DNA of 64,000 nt, from the NCBI GenBank assembly GCA_043228905.1, contig JBHGNT010000002.1, forward strand, positions 11,160,001-11,224,000, read 5' to 3'. The DNA is from Azolla caroliniana. Taxonomy: Eukaryota; Plantae; Polypodiophyta. Made by a program: the position numbers and the translations under genes. Of the stretch, positions 12,046 to 23,349 are shown one piece after another (positions within the stretch are counted from its first letter, which is position 1; each line of letters begins with the position of its first letter). The notes under the pieces were generated by a model. It saw nothing but the letters and a program-made list of their open reading frames with translations. It did no database searches and was not told where the DNA came from.

Positions 12046-15000
12046 AAGGTCACGATTACAGAAAATCAGAAAACTGTATTCCAAAGAAAGCAAGATTAAA
12101 CAACAGTTACAAAGAGAGAGAGAAGGTGCTTATGTAGTCATCTTCTCTCTAAGTTCTCTCACTAGTACTACCTCTTGGGACATTAACTACTTAAGGAATA
12201 TGGGTAATAGGACATTAACATTTATGGCACACTAGTTACTATACTAGGAGGTGGGGTGTTCACACACTTGAGTGTCCTAGAGTGTATTCCCACTCACGGG
12301 AAGTTGAGTTTGATTGTCAACACCTCTTCAAAAAAAACTTCCGGTTGTTGGATCGTCGGATTGGTCTTCAGACGGTACACTCATGTTGCTCCTTACTCCC
12401 CCTCAAGCTTAGCTGATCTATGGTCGAAAGACCTAGGTTCGTCATGAACTGTCACAACTTGTTGACTCTAAGGGCCTTGGTGAAGATGTCAATCGTCTGT
12501 AGGTTTGTGTTGATGTGTTGCAGGTGGATATCCCCGGCCATAACACGCTCTTGGATGAAGTGATAGTGCACTTTGATGTGCTTAGTCTGAGCATGGAAGA
12601 CTTGGTTCTGAACGAGGTGGATACTGCTCATGTTGTCGCAGTAGAGGAGAATTGGATCCTTGATGGGAATGCCCAGATCCTTCAAGATTCTCTTGAGCCA
12701 AACGACTTCACATGTGGCTACGGCTGTGCCCCTGTATTCAGCTCCGGTGGTCGACAATGCAGCTATCGGCTATTTCTTACTACTCCCCGTTATGGCGCCG
12801 TTGTCGAGAGAGAAAACAAATATGGATGTCGATCGTCAGTCGGATCTGTATCCGGCCCAATTGGCATCGGTATATCCTACAAGTCGTATGGGTGTGGTTG
12901 ATTTGTAAAGGATGCCGAACTCCATGGTTCAACTCACATACCTTAGCACTCACTTAGCACAATTGAGATGGATGTCTCAGGGAGTTTGCATGAACTGACT
13001 AGGAAGGCCGACCGGGTAATTCAGGTCGGGTCGGATAATTGTGAGGTAGATGAGGCTTTCGACTAGTTAACGATAGTGCATTGGCTCACACTCTCCTGTG
13101 CCTGAGTCGGCATCTAGCTTTAGATTTTGATCGAGAGGAGTAGTGACGGACTTGCATTGTGTCATCCCAAACTTGTAAAGAAGATTGAGAATATAGTGCT
13201 TTTGAAAAAGCATGATGCCGTCTCAAGTCCGAATTACTTCTATTCCTAGAAAGTAATGGAGCTCCTTCATATCGGTCATTTCGAATCGACTAGAGAGGAG
13301 TTTCTTGATGTGGTCAATATCTCCTAAATGCTCTCTTCCTATGACGAAGTCATCCGCATAAATGACAATGAATACCAAAGCAATTTGTCTGTTTTTAGGA
13401 GTGATGATGGTGGGGGGGACCGTAGCAGATCATGAGGGGATGCGGAACCATTTTTCACTTATTTTGTTGTTAATTGCACAGGACATTGGTGATATTCGGC
13501 GAGATGGTTGATGTGGACTGAATGAAGCAATTTGTCTATTCTTAAGAGTGAAGATGGTGTGGGGATTGAAGCAGATGGTGTGAGGTGTGGATGCAGAGTA
13601 GTATAAGAAGGATTTTAGTGGTATGAGGCGGAATTCCTATGATAATCGAAGACATCGAGATGGTGGATGTGGACATGAGGAAATTGGTTTTCTGTTTTTG
13701 TGATCAGGATGACTGATGTTGGTGGGGGTTGTCGCAGATTATTATGAGAAGGACCTCGGTGGATTTTAGCAATAATAGGTGGGAATCCTGAGAGAATCGG
13801 AGATAGATGGTAGATTGGGACATGACAAAGCCGGTTTTCTGTTTTTGTGATCAGGATTAGTGATGTTGGTGTGGGGGCTGAAGTAGATTATTATGAGAAG
13901 GTGAGGAATTGTTTTTCACTCATTTTTGGCTGTTAGTACAGGATCGCGGTAATCGATGAGATGGAATAGGGTCAGCAAGATGCTCCGAATATGGACTGAG
14001 TTAAGAGGATACTATAGTTCTCATAGGTTGCGGGATGATGGCAATGGGATTTGAAGCATGTTTGTCACGACGAGAGGATGAGTGGTGTTGGTGTGAGGGC
14101 TAAAGAAGATCGTGAGGGGATGAGGAATCATTTTTTACTTATTTTGTTGTTAATTGCACAGGACATTGGTGGTATTCGGCGAGATGGTTGATGTGGACTG
14201 AATGAAGCAATTTGTCTATTCTTAAGAGTGAAGATGGTGTGGGGATTGAAGCAGATGGTGGGAGGTGTGGAGGACATAGTTCATCTTGTTTATAGGGAGA
14301 TTATTACAAGTACATTTCAATTTTCATGGAGATGAAGGACATGGTCGTTTTGATTTGGGAGATGATACATTTTTGGTTTGGGAGATGATACATGGGGGCT
14401 ATCTAAGGCAGCCCATCACATTTTACCCAAGTGTCAGGTGCATCATGGACTATTTTGGTGTCTTCAACTGTTGGTACAAAACATTTGTCAAATAGCATCA
14501 CCCTAGTGGGCAATCAGGTGATGGTGAACAACTCCAGTATTGGCAAAATAAAAGGCATATGAGGAGTTTTTAGTCTAGTAGCCAGGGTGGATAGCCGGGA
14601 TATGTTGACTAGGATTACCACCAAGATATGTAAACATATGTATTCTCTTGGACCACAGGAATTTGTTTATAGGTTGTGAATGGGTCTTGTTGGCAAAGGC
14701 TGAGAGAGTTTTCATGGACATAATTAGGCTTATCTTGCCAAACGCCATCGTTTATATTTGGTTTTTTTATAGAAACTTGTGGAGTAGAAACTATTATGTA
14801 CAAATTGTAAATTGCCTTTGGCATTGTTAATTTTAATACCAATGGAGTATAGTTTTTGTGGGAAAAAAAAGTTTTAAAAAAATGACGATGAATACCTATC
14901 CTCTAGAGTCACTCCAAATGAAGAAAGAGTTGTCGGACTTGGACATGTTGAACCCGATTTCATGAAGATATTGCATTATCTTCAAATGTCATGATCTCGA

Positions 15001-15408
15001 TACCGGCTCAACGCAGTAGAGTGGCTTTTTGAGTTGGCATACAGTAGTCAGATGCATAGTTCACATGAATCGGGGTGGTTGCACCATGTACACATCTTCA
15101 TCTAACTCGTCTTCTAGAAAGGCGTTATTTACGTCCATTTGGTGGAGATGCCACCCTTTTGATGTTGCAAGCGCGATCATGGTTTGAATTGTAGTCATCT
15201 TTGCCGAGGGGCAAAGGCCTCTTTGTAGTCAACACTATGCATTTGTCTGTGCATAGCCCTTCGCCACAAGTTGGGCCTTGTACCGATGGACAGTGTCTTC
15301 AGCGTTGTGCTTTACCTTGAATATCCACCGACATCCAATTGCCTTTTGGTTGTTTGAAGAAGGGACGGGATCTCATTCTTGGAGAATGTTTGCATTTCCT
15401 CATTCCAA
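11975..15408 (-). mobile_element. Decayed Copia 3' half (RT-RNase H, probable 3' LTR ~11975-12322), interrupted at 13377-14880
   Basis: Minus translation includes AIGCRWIFKVK, YKAQLVAKGYAQ, FIVIYADDFVI, LHYFLGIEV, AEYR..AVATCEVVWLKRIL, YCDNMSSI, KHIKVHYHFIQE, DIFTKAL. TGTTGAC follows a purine run at 12322. Confidence 0.85.
13377..14880 (+). mobile_element. Retroposed (TPRT-type) insertion with A-rich tail and 16-bp TSD
   Basis: Flanked by AATGACAATGAATACC (13361-13376) and AATGACGATGAATACC (14881-14896). Ends AAAAAAAAGTTTTAAAAA. Removing it restores the Copia RT frame at VFIVI|YADD. Internal ~150-bp degenerate repeats. Confidence 0.85.
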
Positions 15409-16942
15409 GGGTTTTCCGCAAATAATTCTCCAACTCCTCCTCGTCTAGTTCCTCAAGCATGTGGATTTCCTCTGCGTAAAGCGGAGTCTTGGCCTTTGTT
15501 AGCGGTGCACTTTCCTGCTTCCGCACCCAAATTTTCGTTCTTCTTCGTCGAAAGCAGATGTTGTTGTTTGCCCAACGTAAACCATGGTCATCCTAGTAGT
15601 AAAAAGTATGAAGAGGGAAGACTACCGCCGATATTTCGAACATATGTTCCTCGATCACGATCGCCAATTTGCGCAACAACCCTACTTGTCAAACGGATCT
15701 GGAATCCGCCATGTGTACCCGGCCGGAATAGGCATGCTTCCTAATTTGCGATGCTCAGGTGGTTGCAGGAAGGTGGCTTTGGTGATGACATTCACCCCAG
15801 AGCCACCATCAATGATTCGTCCCAAAATTTCTTCCCCTTGTAGGATTACTTTAAAGATTGGGTTATGGTGGTTGACCACTGTCGGCCCTTTTGTCGATTT
15901 CGTGAAATTCACATGAATAATTACCGAGTTCATCTTTCACATTTGTGTGTCCAATGTTTTCCAAAATCTAGGGATTAGGTTCAATATTTTGTCTATCATC
16001 ATTCTCATTTCGCCATCAGTGAGGGCTTGCCATATCGAGTCGTCCTCCGTCATAGCTTCCTCCGTTCGTGATGTCGACGTTTTGGTTGTGCTTCGCTGGC
16101 GCATTCGTTCGACGTTTGCCTCATTGGCTTTTTCGACCCATGCTTTTGAGGCTTTTTGAATGTCGTCTTGGACTTCCCAATCGGATGCCTTTGCTTGGCT
16201 CCAAGTTGTCACTTGTTGGACCACCACAATTATCGTATTGATCGTAGGTCCCTTCCCCTTGTCACATCGTGGGCACTGGCTCGCGTAGTACCCTAGTTGT
16301 TGGTATATGAAGTACTCCCCTCCTTCGGATGTTGGTAGAGCCACTGGCTCAGGCAATGGCTAAGGCTCATCGTGAGGTCGCAGTTGGTACTAGTATTGGT
16401 GCTTGTTGCGGGGTTTCCTTCTGTAGTTGCGTCAATTGTTATTGTGAGGTCGGCATTTGTCCTCCTCCGAACTGTCATGTTGTGGGCGTTGGTTGCGAGG
16501 TTGTCGATCTCATCCATATGCCCGCGGTTCATGAAATCCATATGTCCGCCATCTGGCCCATGAAATCAATCATGCCCAGCGTCATTTGCATGGGTTTGCA
16601 TAAGGTGGTCTCTTCCTCAGTGGGTGCTTGCATTAGTTGGTTGTGGAGGTTTTGGAAATGAATGACGAAATCAGCAATGGAGTCCTTACTAAACTACCTA
16701 ATCGAATAAAACTGATCAATGCTTTCGCGCTGCGGAACACTTCAATGGAACAGGCAAAGGAACTTCGTTTGAAGTTGATCGAAAGTTCTGAAGGAGTCCA
16801 GATCAAGCTGCTAGCCACCACGCTGCTTGTCCGTCGAGAGTGAGCCCAAATTCCACATTTTGCGCGTTGCTTCTGGTAGTCGTTGCGAGATGGGGTTGGT
16901 GTTCCACGTGTTGAGGAAAGACCTTGCATGGGCTTCGGCATC
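15409..16942 (-). pseudogene. Gypsy (Athila/Tat-like family) gag-protease fragment
   Basis: IIDGGSGVNVI protease. VQQVTT..DWEVQD..KAWVEKAN..NVERMRQ and PLYAEEIHML..EELENYL match element B at 38200-39030. Confidence 0.85.
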
Positions 16943-16979
16943 TAGGTAGTTTAGTAAGGACTCCATTGTTGATTTTGTC

Positions 16980-17377
16980 TCCCTTATACGCTACTAGGAT
17001 ACGGGAGGTATCCCACTCAGTATTACGCTACAACGATACCATTGGTTGCAACACCGTCACTTTGAGGTCTAGGTCGAAGGACTGACCGTAGACCGTGTTC
17101 CTAATTGGTAACATGGTTGTCGTTGAGTTTGCTCTATGCCTCATCACAAACATTCCGCCATGATTGTCATAGTTAGAGTTGGAGGCGTAGTTTGTGAGTT
17201 GTCGATTTGTGGAGGCGAACTCACTCTTCTTTTTCCGACACTCTACCTCATAGTGGCCGAACTTACCATAGTATCCACACTGAGTGGGATTGTTTTGACG
17301 GATGGGTCTGGCCTAATTGCTCCCCCTTCTTCCGGACACTCCACCTGGCACGTTTGACATGTCTTGTTGGTACTTGA
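16980..17377 (+). repeat. Duplicate of an LTR-end/Copia-flank junction (copy of ~21884-22280)
   Basis: LTR 3' end (..GACCGTGTTCCTAATTGGTAACA, ends 17113) is followed by the same Copia flank seen after 22017; spurious ORFs 17136-17357 and 22039-22260 are near-identical. Confidence 0.9.
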
Positions 17378-17380
17378 TAG

Positions 17381-20300
17381 AAGACATTACGCGGGCAATG
17401 TTACGGCCCGGAAAATTTGGCAAGCAGGACTTTGGTGGACGACAACGCAAAAGGACGCGTATGAATATTGCAGTCAATGTGATTTATGCCAACAACTAGG
17501 CCAGCCCACGGAAGTCACAAGAATGCCACACCAACCAGTGTTGCCACTAGATCCTTTCCAAAAGTGGGGGTTAGATTTCGTGGGACCCTTTACCCTGGCG
17601 GCCGCTCAAACAGGCAATAAGTACATCCTGTTGGCTAGGGCTTACTGTACCAAGTGGGTAGAAGCGAAACCACTACACGAGAATATTGCGGTAGTCACAG
17701 TGCAATTCCTTTACAAACAGATCTGGTGTCGTTTCGGCTGCCCTATCGAGCTCATTCGTGACCAAGGGAGTCACTTTCTGAATACGGTCATTAGCGAACT
17801 GACCCAACATTACGCTGTGGTGCACAAAAAAAGTACGTCGTATTACCCGCAAGCAAATGACTTGTCGGAATCCATGAACAAAACGCTCCAAACTATCCTC
17901 AAAAAGATAGTCAATGAGAATAGGACGGATTGGGACACCAAGTTGCATAGCGTGTTATGGGCATACCGTACCAGCTATAAGACCAACATACAATCAACGC
18001 CGTTCAGGCTAGCATTTGGTCTGGAGGTTGTGATGGCAGTCGAAATCCAGGTACCTTGTCTACGGATTCAAGTATGAGCCCGGCTACCAGAGGGCAAATT
18101 CTAACAAGTATGGCTACAGCAACTGCTAGAGCGAGGAGAAACAAGGCTATGCAGTATGGCCATATTAGAGCAAGAACAACAGCGGTGCAAAGCATTCGTG
18201 GAGCGACACCAGCATGCGCGTGAAAAAGATTTTACGGTTGGAAAAGCGGTATTAGTTTTCCAAACACGCATGGGGCATATGGCAAGAAAATTAAGATTCC
18301 GCTGAACAAGGCCGTACTGGATAGTGGGAGCACGTTTGAACTGGGCACGTTGGTTGGAAAAGTGTTACGACAAAAATTGAATGGGTTTCGCCTTAAACCT
18401 TGTCTGGGACCTACACCACCTAACCCGTTCCCCGCCGGACAGGACAAAGCCGGAGAATCCGCGGAGTAAATATAAGGCCCCACTGGTACTATATGTAAAA
18501 ATAATATTGTAAGTAACTGTTACGAAAGAAAAAAAAAGAAAGAAAAGAGAGAAGATAGCGATGCTATTAAAAGGAGTTAAGGCATGCACAGACTTCTAGG
18601 CCAAGAATACGTGGCACCACAATGGCTAAGCAACCAATGAACCCAAGGCCACAAAAAGAAGGAAATAGAAGGTTTTCTGCACAATATAGAAATCAACCTT
18701 CTAACTCTCATCGCTCCCCTTCCTCGCCCTCTTCTCCATCCTATCACAGAGCTCAAGCTCGCCACAGCCAATAGTCTTCACCCATTAGCCACGAGCCTAT
18801 TCCGACTATGCCGATACCCATCTCTACCGCCTTGCGTCGATGCCTCGTGGAGAAACTCTTGGATGGGTACATTAGAGTCATTCAGGCACCTCCACACCAT
18901 GACGCATTGGACATCGCTAGGAAGCTCAACATCGACACGGTCACCAACTCATCCATCCGGAAAAAGCTGGACATGTCATCACTAGGTGAAAGGCATTTCG
19001 AAATCCCTCCTCTGGAATCCCTATAGAGGTATTTTGGTCCATAGTTGTCATCCACCAAGGCATATAGAACGAAGGAGATCCCAGATCCCTTTTTCCACGA
19101 AATCGCCAAGTTCCTGTTGGAGGCTGGATGCATACATGTAAACGCATATGGGATGCCCAAGCAGAAGGCCGGTATCATCATTGATACCTTTGAAGGGCGT
19201 ATGATCGATTGGGGGGTCATTACGGGGCCGGCGTTACAGGAAGGCCTTGACGTGTATCAAGGAGGAAAAAAGCTTAGGCCTATCATACAACAGTATCTAA
19301 CGATACTCTTCCCACCCCAAGGTCTGCCGGCAGCGCAGCCCAGCAAACCCACGTCACTGCCTCGATCCACGAAGCGAAGGTTAGTGGAGTTAGCCACCAC
19401 AAAGTGGGAGGATGAACCCCAACCCGCCCAGCCGAACATGCGAATAACACAGGAAGAGCAGGCTGAGCAGACCGAGGAAGCGGCATAGGAGCTGGAAGCC
19501 GAACCACGATAGAAAAGCCCGAGGCCGAAATGGTGGAGACTGGACAGGAAAGATGGGTGCGGGTTAGTTAAAGACACTCGCGGCCACAAAGATGACGACC
19601 ATGGGCAACAACTCTGTAGCTACGAAGCCCAACACCACCTTCGAAGTAATCTGGGAACCACGGCCGATCATGACGGCCCAGTCACAGTGGGGGAAAGCCG
19701 TATTGACAGCGGAAAGCGAGGTCCTTGCATATCCGGACATTCTGGACACGGCCCATGAGTTCGGCGCACTATTACAGTTCGGAAACATTTTTGAACTCAT
19801 GGAATTCCTGGCAACGCAACAGATAAAAGTCTCACAACGAATGGTCGAGGAGCACGGAGAGCGCCAAATGATCGAGCGCACGTTAAAACAAACAGTGGAA
19901 ATCAACGATGAGGATTAGATAGCCAGAGCCGGTAGGCAGAGGAACGCCGGTATACGCCGAATGGGGATGGAACTACTCCCATTAAACGCAACCCTTGTCG
20001 AAGTTCATAGGGAACTGGCAAAGGTCAGTATGGGCGCCAAGGATATGGTGATTAAAATTAAAAATGTTTGGAAAAAGGTTGAACTGACCCAAGCCGAGCT
20101 ACAAAAGGCTAATGAACGCATCACGGAGTTGGAAAATACCACGACGGTGCAACAGTCAGTTCCACCAACAACCAACGCCATCGACGCCCTGAGGGAAGAA
20201 ATTGAAGCTCAGACAACCATTGCCTCGAAAGCGAAACGGGTCGTGCAACTGGCGGAATCAGAGATTGACCGTCTCCGCGCCGAACTTCGCCAGTCCTCGG

Positions 20301-22017
20301 ACAGAGAAAAGGACATCCGGGCCAACGGCCGAAAGGCAGTGAAGACCCTTGAAGAGAAACTCGTAGCGGAGACACCACAACACACCCGAACGAAAGAAGA
20401 AAATGCGCAATTACGAGAGGAAGTGAAAAAATCAAAAGCGGCAATCGCGAGACTACGGGCCTTATTGGAGAAGAAGAAAGCATGGTTCGACGAGCAGTTG
20501 GTTGGAGAACACGAGAGGAGGCATCAACTAGAAATCTGCCTTAACAATGAAATGGGAAAACTGGAAGCGTTACATTTGAAGGAATCTCTAGGCAGGAATG
20601 AGGAGCACTTATGAGGAAGCGGCAGTGGTTAGCAAACAAGAAATTCCAAACCTGAAGAAATACATAGACGAAGCACGCAACCATTGACAAGCCATAATAG
20701 ACAACGTGTGTATCCTTCTGCAAATGAATCGGGAGAGGTTTACGGCGCAATTAAAATCGACACTAGACAAAGGATGGATGGCGTGGGCTGCACAAGCGGC
20801 GGAATTGCATACGTACCGAGCGGACTAGGAGAACTGAAGGAAAAACGGCCGAGGGTTCTCAAACTAAATGAGGAAAGCATTGCGGCAGTACGTGAGGACC
20901 TAGCACAGGACTATCGCACACTAGCGGACCAACATTCCGAGGAACTCGCGCAACTACTAGATGATTTTGGCGAAAGTCAGGAGGACTTGTTTGACCAAAT
21001 CACGCAAGCCGGTAGCACGCAAACAAACGAGGAATCCATCGCGATACCCATTATAGATACTGCCGAACAAGAGGAACCTCAACCCATGTCACCGAAAATT
21101 ACCACTACGGTAAACAGCACGGAACGCCTAGCGGAGCACCCCGCAATACCAGACAACGAAACCGCTGACCAAGAGGAACCCCAACCACCGGAGCATACGC
21201 TTATAGCCGACATGACGAAGGATGTTCCGGACCAAGAGGAACCCCAACCCCACTGTCCAGAGCGTACAACTACGGCCGACATCACAAAGGAAGTTAAGGA
21301 CGAAACAGAGTCGCGACCTACTGCAAACTCGCGGACGGCTGAACCAACCCCAATAGCCCAAGAAGAGCCAGCGACACCATGGGAAGCCCTCCTGACCAAG
21401 TAGGGGAACCACACAACGATGCGCCTACGGGCCCTACGCCGTCCCCGGACTCAGACAACGGAGCAGAACAAAACATCAGGGCCATTTTGGAGGAAGATTA
21501 AAGGGGTGGGTCCGACGTGCTATGGCACTTTCCCACAGGCGTGCTAGGTGTTGTCCGTCGGAATAGTAATTGACGAACAAGAGCGCAGTAATATAGAATA
21601 GAGTAATATTGTAACGCATGTAAACGGTTCACACGGGAAGTGTGAACGGCTAAAAGACCCTACGTATATAAAGGGCAGAAAAGCTCTGATAGAGGGAGTG
21701 TGTAATTTTGAATGTAAAACGCGTATTTTAATAGAGTTCTATCTTCTCTGATTTCTGTGCATATCTGTGGTTAATCTGCTGTGTGTCTGTGATTCGTGGT
21801 GGCGTAGCGTAGTCGTAAGAGTGTAGGCATGAGTAATAGTGTGGTTGCTAGTCCCTTTTCTAAGGAGTTCGGTTGTAGCCATCTCCCTTATATGCTACTA
21901 GGATACGAGAGGTTTCCCACTAAGTATTACGCTACGACGATACCATTCATTCCAACACAGTCAGTTTGAGGTCTAGGTCGAAGGACTGACCATAGACCGT
22001 GTTCCTAATCGGTAACA
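17381..22017 (+). mobile_element. Athila/Tat-like Gypsy copy A1, 5'-truncated (integrase, extra ORF, 3' LTR)
   Basis: Integrase HYAGNVTARKIWQAGLWW, FQKWGLDFVGP, DQGSHF, YPQAN (17381-18469). Extra ORF 18622-21501 (disrupted). LTR 21549-22017. Confidence 0.92.
21549..22017 (+). repeat. 3' LTR of A1 (469 bp)
   Basis: TGTTGTCCG...GGTAACA, homologous to 32787-33256 and 58495-58964. Confidence 0.93.
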
Positions 22018-22768
22018 CGGTGTCGTTGAGTTTGCTCTATGCCTCATCACAAACATTCCGCCATGATTGTCATAGTCAGAGTTGGAGACGTAGTCTGTGA
22101 GTTGTCGGCTTGTGGAGACCGACTCACTCTTCTTTTTCCGACACTCTGCCTCATAATGGCCGAACTTAGCATAATATCCGCACTGAGTGGGATTGTTTTG
22201 ACGGTTGGGTCTGGCCTAATTGGTCCCCCTTCTTCCGGACACTCCACCTCGCATGTTTGACATGTCTTGTCGATACTTGACACATCGACTGGAGATTGAA
22301 GGAGGGAGGATTCTCCCTTGTGAGGACTCCTGACCAAATGTCTCCGAACAAAGGTGCTAAGCCTCCGAGGAAAATTTGTACCATTTTATCGTTGTCAAGG
22401 CTAACATTGATTGACCGGAGGGCATCACACATCTCCAAGATCTTCAAGGTGTAGCTACCGATTGACATGTCCCTCTGTTGTATAACATTCAACTCATGAT
22501 GGAGTTGAAGCTTTCTTGCGGTTGTGTTGGCCGCGAAAATCTTCTTGAGGTTTCCCCACGCCTCCTTCAGTGTTTTGGCCTCTAGGATGGAGCCGAGCAT
22601 GTGATCATGGATGCATGATGCAAGGCAGTACATACACGACTCGTCACTTCATCCTAAGTTGGGTAGTCGGCATGTGTTGGGTTGGCCGACAAGGTCTTGC
22701 TACATCTTGTACTCCCAAGATGCAAAGTTGTTTCTATCTAGCTTTTTAGTAGGAAGAGTGCTTCCCAT
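22018..22768 (-). pseudogene. Copia gag fragment (related to the element at 23350)
   Basis: MGSTLPTKKLDRNNFASWEYKM*...MYCLASCIHDHML..AKTLKEAWGNLKKIFAANTTARKLQL. May be the 5' part of the Copia at 11975-15408. Confidence 0.85.
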
Positions 22769-23349
22769 CTGTGTGTTCATGTGGAACTTCTTCTTATTCT
22801 TGTTAATGCTAATTGTGCATATTGCTGCTACAACGATCAGTCGGTTCTTGCCAAACGTGGAATCGGGCACAAGACACGCTATCGTGAACATTTTCCGCAA
22901 AGGTTTGAAAATCACGTGGAACGGACAAAATCGAGAAGGTGCAATATGCAAGGGGTGATGGTTACACTCGTATGTGAGCAAGTTAATGTGCACGTGTGAT
23001 GTGGGTTTAGTTGCTCATTACACAAAATATAAAAAATAAGTCTAAGGCCTAGTGGCATACAAAGGTTTTGAACATTGACCCTACAAGATAGGAGACCATT
23101 TACTTACCATTACACTAAGCTTATTTCTTTAAACTTTATTTTCATCATTGTAGTTTTCACATGTAAATTTTCATACCTAAGAGCTTGAATGAGGGACATG
23201 GTTATCATGCATCACATGCGATGCATGATCACCAAATGGCAATCATGCATTGGATGCATGGGGGCATGTATATAAGAAACAAAGGAAGAGAAAGAAAGGG
23301 ATCAATCAATCTATGTATGGAATCAAGCTATGTATTAAATGAAGATATT

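Noticed and set aside
21501-21510. AAGGGGTGGG as the canonical PPT of the Athila/Tat-like family
   Set aside because: It lies ~40 nt from the LTR start fixed by TSDs, is short and interrupted, and differs in B (CGGGATGGG). Not fully excluded.
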